DNA from: an uncultured virus (IMG/VR IMGVR_UViG_3300025872_000049)
Taxonomy: Duplodnaviria > Heunggongvirae > Uroviricota > Caudoviricetes
IMG/VR virus record: IMGVR_UViG_3300025872_000049
Length of the DNA stretch: 20,000 nucleotides
Strand: one strand, 5' to 3'
Positions within the stretch are counted from its first letter, which is position 1, and each line of letters begins with the position of its first letter. Shown here in pieces: positions 8,090 through 16,298 of the stretch. The position numbers and the translations under genes are program-made. Under the pieces are notes generated by a model. It ran no database searches. It was not told the DNA's origin and saw only the letters and a list, made by a program, of their open reading frames with translations.

Positions 8090-9874
8090 ATGGCTTATTT
8101 TGACGATATAAATGAGGCGCTCTTTAAACTGGGTGACCTTGGAACTCTTGCGTCTCGTGACATAACGCAATCCATTACAGAAATGAGCGTGTCACTGACG
8201 CTCAGCGGTTCATCACAAGTAGCAGTAAGCGTTGTTGACCCAAACTTTGCATTCGCTAAGGCAAACTACTTCCAGATTCGTAGAGATATTTTCTATAGGG
8301 ATATGTGGTTTGAAATCGCTGCGGTTGAAACATCGCGCGGCGAGTCTATTCACCCCCTGTATTCGCTTGAATGTCGGTCAAAAGCAGTTCAGTTAATGAA
8401 GCGAGATAAAAAGCCAGAGGCATATCGTGGGATGACCGGATATGACTTTGCTCAGGCAATGGCAAAGAGATTTGCGCTTAACTTCGTCGGTGAACGGACA
8501 ACTAAGAAGCAGTCTATCGTCAAGGGTAAGGGCAAGGATTCTGATGACTCTGTATGGACCGTGCTTCAGAGTCTTGCTGGAGAGCAGAAGTTCATTTGCT
8601 TCGAAACAGAGGGAACGCTGTTCTTTTGTTCAGAGAAGTTTCTTTTGGGTAAATGGGGTGACCCTAACTTTGCCTATGGAGACTTTAAGTTCATCCCGTT
8701 TGTCTATCCAGAACCGAATACCGACCTATTTCCTAGCGCCAAGGATAAGTATGTCCTTCTGGACCAGCCTCGTGTTCGGCGGTCAGACGACGATATCAAA
8801 GCCGCCGAAGGGTCAATCCTTGTAGATAGAGCGAACGGAATCAAACTACGTCCCGGTCAGACCATCTATCTCGCCGGTATTCCAGATTTTGAAGCGTTTT
8901 ACATCATCACGGATGTCTCGTTTCGAGAAGGTAGTGCAGAACCCGTACAAGTTCAGTTCCGTGTCCCCGTTGACCCAACGAAGGAAAAGATTTCAACAAA
9001 CGGAACAAAGCAGACACCGGGAGCAAATACCCAGCCGAGCACATCGACGAACCCGCCACCGGGCGTGCCGAACATCAAAATTCCTGTTGCTCTTAGCCCA
9101 ACAGCAGCAATGAAGTATGCTGAAGAAGTCTTGCGTCGTCAGCGGTTTAGGGGTCCAGGCGAGAAAATCAAGCGCGTTGTCTACGAGGCAATTTTAGGAC
9201 TCCTTAATCGAAGAACAGCCGAGCAGGTCATTGCTTCTATTAATAAGGATACCCGCATTACCGGCTATGCAAAATTGACAAGAGATATCGTATTCTCATA
9301 TGTTCTCGGCATACCATCAACGCGATTTGGAGTGTCTGGTGGGTTGACAACCTCAGAGTCAGCCCGAGAAGAAGCGAATTTCATCAAACGGTTTGGCGCC
9401 CAGACGTCTACTCCAGTGCCGACCAAAACCTCTCAGTCGTCAAAGACTGGCGCTGATTATTCGTCAACTACACCGGGCGTTAAGTCGACAACGAAAACAA
9501 GTGCCGACCAATTGAGTTCAGGCTCAATCCCCATTCCAAAACAAGAAACGCCACCTAGTTCTCTGCCTAAGGTGAACCTTCCAGTTGAGGCAATCGTTGC
9601 CATTGGACAGGCATTGAGGCGGGATGCCCCCTCTGACATTGACGGTCCTCGTTATTCGAGGATTAATCAGGACATTATCGCTAATGCGCTGCAAATCTAT
9701 AATATTCCTGACATTGCCAATAAAGCCAAAAAGATGAATACCTATTATAGTATTTATAGAGACCCCGCTTCTCAGTTCAAATATAATGCTCTTTACGCGT
9801 CGTGGCCGTATATCTCTGGGGGCGGTTTCTCTTCTATTAAACTTTCAGCGCCCTACACGATTAGGAAGCGATGA
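8090..9874 (+). CDS. baseplate hub protein (T4 gp27 / P2 gpD / Mu gp44-like) with C-terminal extension
   Basis: The N-terminal ~295 aa carry hub motifs (DSVWTVLQSLA..FETEGTLFF; LRPGQTIYLAGI..FYIITDVSF). About 300 further residues are P/T/S linkers and helical segments. Confidence 0.82.
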   Translation: MAYFDDINEALFKLGDLGTLASRDITQSITEMSVSLTLSGSSQVAVSVVDPNFAFAKANYFQIRRDIFYRDMWFEIAAVETSRGESIHPLYSLECRSKAVQLMKRDKKPEAYRGMTGYDFAQAMAKRFALNFVGERTTKKQSIVKGKGKDSDDSVWTVLQSLAGEQKFICFETEGTLFFCSEKFLLGKWGDPNFAYGDFKFIPFVYPEPNTDLFPSAKDKYVLLDQPRVRRSDDDIKAAEGSILVDRANGIKLRPGQTIYLAGIPDFEAFYIITDVSFREGSAEPVQVQFRVPVDPTKEKISTNGTKQTPGANTQPSTSTNPPPGVPNIKIPVALSPTAAMKYAEEVLRRQRFRGPGEKIKRVVYEAILGLLNRRTAEQVIASINKDTRITGYAKLTRDIVFSYVLGIPSTRFGVSGGLTTSESAREEANFIKRFGAQTSTPVPTKTSQSSKTGADYSSTTPGVKSTTKTSADQLSSGSIPIPKQETPPSSLPKVNLPVEAIVAIGQALRRDAPSDIDGPRYSRINQDIIANALQIYNIPDIANKAKKMNTYYSIYRDPASQFKYNALYASWPYISGGGFSSIKLSAPYTIRKR

Positions 9875-10182
9875 GCGAAAACGTCACAGTTCCCTCAAAA
9901 ACCGCTGGTACGCCACTTGAGCCAGGTGGACTATATCTAGGTATCGTCAGGCAGGTTTCCGGCACTCAGGTATTCGTAGAACTACCTCTCGTCAGTCCTG
10001 GCTTTGCGTTCGGACCATGCCTCGTTGTTGCCAACCGAGCATCGGTTACAACGACTTCATCTAGCGGATATCTGACCTCGGTGACGGTAACTAATACAGT
10101 ACCGAATGTTGGCGACCGTGTTATCTGCGCCTTTCTTAATAATGAACGGTCAGAAATTGTCGTTCTTGGACGAGTCCTGTAA
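9871..10182 (+). CDS. baseplate spike protein (gpV / gp5 N-terminal OB-fold only)
   Basis: 103 aa with GLYLGIV..VFVELP...PNVGDRVICAFLNNERSEIVVLG, the OB-fold signature. ATGA overlap with the hub stop. Confidence 0.8.
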   Translation: MSENVTVPSKTAGTPLEPGGLYLGIVRQVSGTQVFVELPLVSPGFAFGPCLVVANRASVTTTSSSGYLTSVTVTNTVPNVGDRVICAFLNNERSEIVVLGRVL

Positions 10183-10190
10183 CTCGGCAA

Positions 10191-10203
10191 ATAGTGGCAA
10201 AAT
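10191..10203 (+). promoter_or_regulatory. putative extended -10 promoter for a leaderless transcript
   Basis: ATAGTGGCAAAAT followed by 6 nt and GTG 10210. Near-identical to 13501-13513. Confidence 0.5.
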
Positions 10204-10209
10204 AGAGGC

Positions 10210-10506
10210 GTGGACACCTTCAAATTTCCGATTCGCTTTGCCAATGGCGGGGTTGAGAAGTTCATTGACGGAACAGACGAGTATTATTCGCACCTGTTGG
10301 CTCTTGTTGTTCAAATTCAGCCAGCGGACCTTCCGCTCAACCCTCAGTACGGCGTCACCGACCCCACATTTTCTGAATCGCTGATTCGCGACCTTGCTCT
10401 CAGTGTTGGTGGATTTATCCCAGAAATAATTGTTGAAAACGCTGAGATTACCATTGAGGACAACGGAGAGTCTAGAATAGACATAGCCTTCAGCCAAAGG
10501 ACTTAA
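10210..10506 (+). CDS. baseplate wedge protein, gp25 / P2 gpW-like (sheath initiator)
   Basis: 98 aa. FKFPIRF and QPADLPLNPQYGV resemble the gp25 'PGE.P..P.FG' motif. Located between spike and gpJ. Confidence 0.8.
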   Translation: MDTFKFPIRFANGGVEKFIDGTDEYYSHLLALVVQIQPADLPLNPQYGVTDPTFSESLIRDLALSVGGFIPEIIVENAEITIEDNGESRIDIAFSQRT

Positions 10507-10507
10507 A

Positions 10508-12040
10508 ATGACGTCTCCGGATTTCTCGGAATATATTGACCTGACTATCAATGACCTACAGCCGGTCGACGTCTATACGCTCGCTCGTGACTACGCCCTT
10601 GTGGCTCTGCCGGAATTTGACCCACGAGTCGGCACGGTTGAAGATGCCATGCTCGAAGCAATGTCATACGTTTCTGGTCTTGTAAATGGTGCAGTTAATC
10701 GTCTTCCCAATGGACTGATGGAGGGGCTGCTTCGTCTTATGGGATTCTTCCGAGATGAAGCAACCTTTGCTTCTGGAAGTGTAGTCTTTACAACAATTGA
10801 TACCGCTGGTCTAACAATCCCCTCGGGGACTCAGGTGAGTTTTAGCGAAGCAACCGACGAGGGCATCGTTGTCCATGTCTATGAAACGACAGAGACAGTT
10901 GTAATTGCCGAAGGAGAGTCAACCTCTGACCCCGTTCAAGTTGCGGCTATTGAGGCAGGAATTAAGCCAGTCATCTCAGACGGCGCATCAATGAATATTC
11001 TTACACCGATTGCCACTCTCTTTACAGCGACATTTGATGGCTCATTCACGCAGGGAACGGAATCCGAAACTGACGAGGATTTTTTCCGACGAGCATCAAC
11101 ATATCTCGGAAGTCTCAGCAGGACGCTTGCTACGGCATCGCAAGTTACTGATTATTTGTTGACTACCTATGCCGACGCATACCGAGTGGCGACTTATGAC
11201 CTCACAAAACTCCAGCAGTTCCTCATTACGAACCTTGCTTGGGATGGTGGCACATCACTCCTGAATGCCTCGTGCGTGCCGACAACTACGGGTGGTACCG
11301 ATTATTTCACGACATTCAATTACACGGAAACTGGCGCTGAAGAGGTGTTCGTCGCTCGTGACAATACGCCATTCTCCGCATCGGCAAGTACCGTAGCGGC
11401 TATCCGTGTCTTTGACACCTCCAAGCCAACTGCGTATGAGGGTAGCAAGTCAGTAAGCGGTATTACTAACCGCTCAAGCGCTGCTCCATACCTTGCCTAT
11501 AGCAGAACTGTCGGTTCAACCGAAACATCTACCATCACATACCCAACATACTCACCAAAGGTTGAGTTCCTTGAGCAATTGAGTTATACCGAACCCGATG
11601 CACAGGGCTGTGTAACAGTATTTCTTTCAAGTTCAACAGGAGCAAGTCTTTCGGCTGAAGATAAGGCAACTATTGCTGACGACATTCGAGACCGGACAAT
11701 TGCCGGACTAACTGTTTATATTGCGGACATTGTCGACGCCCCAGTAACAGTTGATGTTCAAATCGCCGTTCGTGCTGGTTATGCAGACCTTGATGTTCGA
11801 ACAGCAGTTGACGACTATCTGACAAACTATCTAAGCGCATCAGAGTATCCATTCACGACAATGATTCGAAAAAATGCCCTTATTTCACAAGTCTCACAAA
11901 TTGAGGGCGTTGAATATGTAGACGGTCTCACGCTTACCTCATCAAATACAGTTGTAGCAACTGTTGATGGCAATGGCGACGTGAACTTCAACTTCAAGGG
12001 AACGCTTCCTAGCGCCTCAGTCACCGTAACGAGCGTCTAA
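10508..12040 (+). CDS. baseplate wedge protein J-like (P2 gpJ / T4 gp6)
   Basis: 510 aa with ASGSVVFT..TIPSGTQV, GTESETDEDFFRR, GCVTVFL and a C-terminal LISQVSQIEGVEYV. Confidence 0.92.
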   Translation: MTSPDFSEYIDLTINDLQPVDVYTLARDYALVALPEFDPRVGTVEDAMLEAMSYVSGLVNGAVNRLPNGLMEGLLRLMGFFRDEATFASGSVVFTTIDTAGLTIPSGTQVSFSEATDEGIVVHVYETTETVVIAEGESTSDPVQVAAIEAGIKPVISDGASMNILTPIATLFTATFDGSFTQGTESETDEDFFRRASTYLGSLSRTLATASQVTDYLLTTYADAYRVATYDLTKLQQFLITNLAWDGGTSLLNASCVPTTTGGTDYFTTFNYTETGAEEVFVARDNTPFSASASTVAAIRVFDTSKPTAYEGSKSVSGITNRSSAAPYLAYSRTVGSTETSTITYPTYSPKVEFLEQLSYTEPDAQGCVTVFLSSSTGASLSAEDKATIADDIRDRTIAGLTVYIADIVDAPVTVDVQIAVRAGYADLDVRTAVDDYLTNYLSASEYPFTTMIRKNALISQVSQIEGVEYVDGLTLTSSNTVVATVDGNGDVNFNFKGTLPSASVTVTSV

Positions 12041-13491
12041 TGAGCACAAGCACCGAGGCAAATACCCTTCTGACAGGAAATTATGCTCAGTTCCTTGCCG
12101 ACGATGAGTGGCAGTTTGTTGAAACCTATGGCTCATGGTCTTCAACTGGCGCGAGTGTTGCTGCGGAAAAACTGTTCCGCTTCAAGGATTCTTATAACGT
12201 CCTGAGAATCGCTCCATTGTCTGCGCCCACTCCACCGGCGACATATGCGACTATCAGTTTGACGCATGAAGCAAAAGAGATAACCCAGACTTACGCAACT
12301 GATGCGCTGACATTTTTTGCGTTCTTCTACGCACCCTCAAATCTTGAGGTACGCATCACCATCGAAGATGACCTCGGTAACTCCGAGACATCAGCATGGT
12401 TCAAAATGCCCGGTTTGAAGTGGCAACTCGTTAGGGGTCCGGAAATCCGCGTTATTTCTCAGACGACATCGTTGTATTTTACTTCAACCATTGAAATCCG
12501 GACCTACGGCGGTCTGGACCACTTTCATATGGCGCACCCAGTATTGACGAATACCTTTGGCTTTACAGATAATGACTTCGTTCGTGAATGTCTTGTCTAC
12601 ATGCCACCGATTCTGCCAGAAATAGATGCTGAGCAAACGGCGCCTTCGTTCCCGCTAGCGCGTCTTATGGATGTTGGGCTTGCCTACGCTGACAACGCAT
12701 TTCAGCAGTCGCTAAATTTTCGGTATGTTGATATTGAAGATGGCTATGATGCAAATGACGATACAACAAAAAGTACTCTTGTAAATCCAGAAGTAGCCGA
12801 ACCAGATTATCTTCCGTGGCTCGCTCAGTTTGTTGGTGTCCGTCTTGAGACGACTCCAAGCGGCACGACTCCATGGAAAAACTTGCCCACTAACTGGCAG
12901 GACATCATGCTTGAAGTTGATGATACTGCCGATGTCAGTTACACAATTACCAGTATTAGTCGGTCAAGTGGAACTACAACAGCAGTTGTATCGGCATCGC
13001 CAACTGAGGTAAGCGCCGGTCAAACAATAACGGTTACTGGGACTACCGCATTCAATGGTCAATACATTTTGGTGTCTGTGAATACAGGAACAAACACATT
13101 GACATGGGACGACGATGAGGCATCTGCATCAGAATCGTCTGGAACTATTACTTATGTCGACGAAGAGTGGATTGAGATTGAGGCTTACGATACTTCTGAT
13201 GCCAACTTCATCCCCGGTCGCCGTGACCTTATTACAACCGCGCGAACAGGATTGAATGCTGGTTCAAAACAAGCAATCCTTGACGCTATTACTCCTAGCC
13301 TTACGGGCACTAAAACAATTAATTATGTCACCGACCCATTCAGTAATCCGTGGCTTATTACTATTCAGACACTAACTTCGGAAACAATTGGTGGAGTAAC
13401 TGGCGCTCAGAGCGAGAATATTTATCGCGCAGTTCAGCCCTGTCGCCCACTTGGTTTCACAATTACTCATGAATGTGTAGCAAGTCTCTGA
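12040..13491 (+). CDS. baseplate wedge protein, P2 gpI / T4 gp7-like, with extra N-terminal beta-sandwich
   Basis: 483 aa with NPEVAEPDYLPWLAQFVG (gpI-type motif), AGSKQAI and a terminal RPLGF. TAATG overlap with gpJ. Confidence 0.82.
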   Translation: MSTSTEANTLLTGNYAQFLADDEWQFVETYGSWSSTGASVAAEKLFRFKDSYNVLRIAPLSAPTPPATYATISLTHEAKEITQTYATDALTFFAFFYAPSNLEVRITIEDDLGNSETSAWFKMPGLKWQLVRGPEIRVISQTTSLYFTSTIEIRTYGGLDHFHMAHPVLTNTFGFTDNDFVRECLVYMPPILPEIDAEQTAPSFPLARLMDVGLAYADNAFQQSLNFRYVDIEDGYDANDDTTKSTLVNPEVAEPDYLPWLAQFVGVRLETTPSGTTPWKNLPTNWQDIMLEVDDTADVSYTITSISRSSGTTTAVVSASPTEVSAGQTITVTGTTAFNGQYILVSVNTGTNTLTWDDDEASASESSGTITYVDEEWIEIEAYDTSDANFIPGRRDLITTARTGLNAGSKQAILDAITPSLTGTKTINYVTDPFSNPWLITIQTLTSETIGGVTGAQSENIYRAVQPCRPLGFTITHECVASL

Positions 13492-13500
13492 GTAAACCAC

Positions 13501-13513
13501 ATAGTGGTAGAAT
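13501..13513 (+). promoter_or_regulatory. putative extended -10 promoter (TG-n-TAGAAT) for a leaderless transcript
   Basis: ATAGTGGTAGAAT followed by 6 nt and ATG 13520. No SD in between. Confidence 0.6.
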
Positions 13514-13519
13514 TAAAGC

Positions 13520-13777
13520 ATGTCAAAACCGGGTGACGAGCGCGACCTTGAAGGTCTGATAGCCGAAGCCTTTCCCCAGCAGATGATTACCAATTGGATA
13601 ATTATCGCTGAAATTGTTGACAACGACTCACGTGACCTTCACATGGGCACATCAGAAGGCATGACTACGTGGCTTGGCACAGGAATGCTTGATTGCGCCA
13701 AGGAAATCATGATGACTCGTGAACTCGGTGAGTTCGTTTCTGATTTTGACGATGATGAACCGGAGGATAACCAATGA
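13520..13777 (+). CDS. small acidic hypothetical protein
   Basis: 85 aa, D/E-rich, with a folded-looking core (ITNWIIIAEIV...MTTWLGTGML). ATGA overlap with the next gene. Confidence 0.75.
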   Translation: MSKPGDERDLEGLIAEAFPQQMITNWIIIAEIVDNDSRDLHMGTSEGMTTWLGTGMLDCAKEIMMTRELGEFVSDFDDDEPEDNQ

Positions 13778-13986
13778 AGGGCATGCAGGTCAGTGACCAG
13801 ACTCTTAAAGGAAGCCTGCTTGGACTTCTGGTGTACCTCGGCTGGAAGGCTGGGCTGGACGAGCAAGTCATCTCCCTAAGCCTGCCAATTCTTTCTGCTG
13901 TCTTTGCTTGGCTTTCAACGAAGATTGGCGACCCCGAAATCGCAAGCATTTTTGACGCAAAGACTGTTAAGCCCAAAAAGCGCTGA
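13774..13986 (+). CDS. small two-TM membrane protein, holin-like
   Basis: 70 aa with two hydrophobic stretches (GSLLGLLVYLGW; VISLSLPILSAVFAWL) and a basic C-terminus (KTVKPKKR). The start may be the second Met. Confidence 0.6.
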   Translation: MKGMQVSDQTLKGSLLGLLVYLGWKAGLDEQVISLSLPILSAVFAWLSTKIGDPEIASIFDAKTVKPKKR

Positions 13987-14004
13987 GTTCCTCCCGACAA
14001 GGAG

Positions 14005-14043
14005 AGCAGACGGAGCGGTTTCCTCCTGACCGCTCCGTTTGCT
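14005..14043 (+). terminator. intrinsic terminator-like hairpin
   Basis: AGCAGACGGAGCGGT-(TTCCTCCTG)-ACCGCTCCGTTTGCT forms a 15-bp stem with one G-U pair. The 3' side is U-rich (GTTTGCTTCT). Confidence 0.8.
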
Positions 14044-14109
14044 TCTGTAAGCCCTGTGTAAACGCGCTGAAGAGTACACTTAATCTGGTAAATGTCATTG
14101 GAGGTAGCG

Positions 14110-14457
14110 GTGCTCGCCGGTAACTATAATTTCACCATAGACCAAGGTGCGCATTTTGAACGCTTGGTAACTATTACTAACCCTGATGGCTCTGCCTATG
14201 ACTTGACTGACTACACCGCTCGAATGCAAATTAGGTCTGAAATTGACTCTGAAACAGTCGTCATTGAACTCACTACCGAAAATGGACGAATTAGCCTTGG
14301 TGGCGATTCTGGAGAAGTTACCCTCCTCATTCTTTCCGAAGATACAGAGGGTATTGAAACCGAGGGCGTTTATGACCTTGAGGTGATTGATGACGAGGGA
14401 CGCGTGTTCCGCGTCCTCAAGGGCAGAATCCGGCTTGAACCGGAGGTTACGCGGTGA
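14110..14457 (+). CDS. virion structural protein, putative fibre adaptor (BppU-N / LtfC-like Ig-type fold)
   Basis: AGNYNFTIDQGA...YDLTDYTARMQIR...GVYDLEV...LKGRIRLEPEVTR. The ORF track starts at ATG 14092, but GGAGGT at 14100-14105 favours GTG 14110. TACACT at 14075-14080 is a possible -10. Confidence 0.7.
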   Translation: MLAGNYNFTIDQGAHFERLVTITNPDGSAYDLTDYTARMQIRSEIDSETVVIELTTENGRISLGGDSGEVTLLILSEDTEGIETEGVYDLEVIDDEGRVFRVLKGRIRLEPEVTR

Positions 14458-14945
14458 CCGAGCCGAATATCAATGTTTCAGTCGTCCAAGAAGTAACGCA
14501 AGTAAACATTGAAAATGCCCCCGACCAACTTCGAAACCTAGTTACCGTTGACGAGGCGACGACAGATGTCTTTGTCTCAATGGTTGGCGCTCAGGGTCAG
14601 CGAGGCTACGGATTTATCTCGGGTAGTGGCGCTCCGACAGCAGGCATTGGACGTGTCGGCGATTATTACATTGACCTTGACACGAACGAGTTCTGGGGTC
14701 CAAAGACCGAGTCAGGCTGGCCCCCCACGCCTTTCTATATCCCCGGACAGACTCTCCGTCATGTCCATACCCAAGGAAGTCCCTCGTCAACTTGGACAAT
14801 TAATCATACGCTTGGTGGCTACCCATCTGTAATGGTCGTTGATTCTGCATCTACCGTAGTTATCGGTGAAGTATCATATGTAAGCACGTCTCAAGTTGTA
14901 GTGGAGTTCACTGCACCTTTTTCAGGCTATGCGTATTTGACCTAA
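14454..14945 (+). CDS. virion fibre-associated protein
   Basis: 163 aa with a short G-X-Y stretch (GAQGQRG), a GSGAP..GRVGDYYID repeat, and a C-terminal HTQ..STWTINHTLG.YP.V.V domain. GTGA overlap with the upstream stop. Confidence 0.7.
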   Translation: MTEPNINVSVVQEVTQVNIENAPDQLRNLVTVDEATTDVFVSMVGAQGQRGYGFISGSGAPTAGIGRVGDYYIDLDTNEFWGPKTESGWPPTPFYIPGQTLRHVHTQGSPSSTWTINHTLGGYPSVMVVDSASTVVIGEVSYVSTSQVVVEFTAPFSGYAYLT

Positions 14946-14958
14946 GGAATAGGCAAAG

Positions 14959-16296
14959 ATGGCAACAAAGTTTGTAACAAATCTTGACCTAAATAATAAT
15001 CAACTCCTCAACGGTCGTTTTGAGGCAGTTGGCGCTGACCCTGAATCGAACCTCTTTGAGGGTCGGCTTATCTACCGTACCGACCTTGATTGCATCAAGT
15101 TTTATGACGGCACGGCTTGGAAGGTGCTGGTCAAGAGCGTCGCGTCGTCGGGGACTTACGCTTCCGCCCTGACGATTGGGGAATCTGGTGGCGCAATCAC
15201 GATTACGCCGAATTTGGCTGATGGCTCGAACGCTGGTCTTCTTTCGTCAACTTTCTATAGTGACCTTAATGCCGCAACCTCGTCAAATACCAATAGCACC
15301 CTTGCTAAGCGTGATGCTAGCGGTCGACTTCAGGTCACTGCCCCATCTGCTGACCTAGATGCCGCCAACAAGGCGTATGTTGACGCCGCTCGGTCCGGTC
15401 TTGACGTCAAGCAATCTGTTCGGTTGGCTACAAATGCCGCCCTACCCACCTTTACACACAGTTCTGGCGTTCTTACTGCCAGTGCTAATGGTGGTCTGAC
15501 GATTGATAGCGCCACGCTGTCCGACCCAGCAGATGTTGGAATCCGAATCCTCGTCAAGAACGAGACATCGGCGAATGCCCCCTACAATGGTATTTACACC
15601 GTTACAGCGGTTGGCGATGCTGGAAACCCATGGGTGCTAACCCGTGCTACGGATGCCGATACGGCCACGGAACTTACTCCTGGCACTTTCGTCTTCGTTG
15701 AGCAGGGAACTGCGTGGGCGGACTCAGGCTGGGTTCTCACAACTGACGGAGCCATCGTTCTTGGAACGACGAACCTCAGTTTCGTCCAGTTCTCAGCCGC
15801 TGGTCAGAGCATTGCCGGTAATGGTCTCACCAAGAGCGGAAACACCATTGACGCTGTTGGCACAGCCGACCGCATCACAGTCAATGCCGACAGTATTGAC
15901 ATCGCTTCAACATATGTTGGACAGTCAAGCATTACAACCCTTGGTACGATTACCACCGGCACTTGGAACGGCACCGATGTCGCTGTTGCCGATGGTGGTA
16001 CTGGTGCTTCTACGGCTGCCAACGCCCGTACAAATCTTGCTGATACAACCGCAGGTTTTGATACAGGAACTCCGGTCCTTGCTCGCGTTGCCTCTAAGAC
16101 TATTGGCGATGGTTCTAATACCAGTTATGTAATTACGCATAATTTTGGAACCCGTGATGTCACCGTTCAGGTCTACGATGCCGCGACCTACGACACCGTC
16201 ATTGCCGACACGCTCCGGACTACGACAAACACGGTAACAGTCACTTTCTCATCAGCCCCCTCCAGTAACTCCTACCGAGTAGTAATTACTGGCTAA
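14959..16296 (+). CDS. tail/head fibre protein
   Basis: 445 aa, T/S/G/A-rich, with DAANKAYVD, VKQSVRLAT, RILVKNET..NGIY..LTRATDAD, GGTGAST..ARTNL and a C-terminal THNFGTRDV domain. SD AAGGA. Confidence 0.8.
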   Translation: MATKFVTNLDLNNNQLLNGRFEAVGADPESNLFEGRLIYRTDLDCIKFYDGTAWKVLVKSVASSGTYASALTIGESGGAITITPNLADGSNAGLLSSTFYSDLNAATSSNTNSTLAKRDASGRLQVTAPSADLDAANKAYVDAARSGLDVKQSVRLATNAALPTFTHSSGVLTASANGGLTIDSATLSDPADVGIRILVKNETSANAPYNGIYTVTAVGDAGNPWVLTRATDADTATELTPGTFVFVEQGTAWADSGWVLTTDGAIVLGTTNLSFVQFSAAGQSIAGNGLTKSGNTIDAVGTADRITVNADSIDIASTYVGQSSITTLGTITTGTWNGTDVAVADGGTGASTAANARTNLADTTAGFDTGTPVLARVASKTIGDGSNTSYVITHNFGTRDVTVQVYDAATYDTVIADTLRTTTNTVTVTFSSAPSSNSYRVVITG

Positions 16297-16298
16297 TA

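Noticed and set aside
1..13491. Extracellular contractile injection system or tailocin rather than a phage
   Set aside because: An upstream neck/morphogenesis gene, a 1229-aa TMP, a G/GT-type chaperone and a large fibre module fit a phage. No AAA+ ATPase or Afp16/DUF4255-type cap gene is recognisable. Head genes lie outside the window, so this is not formally excluded.
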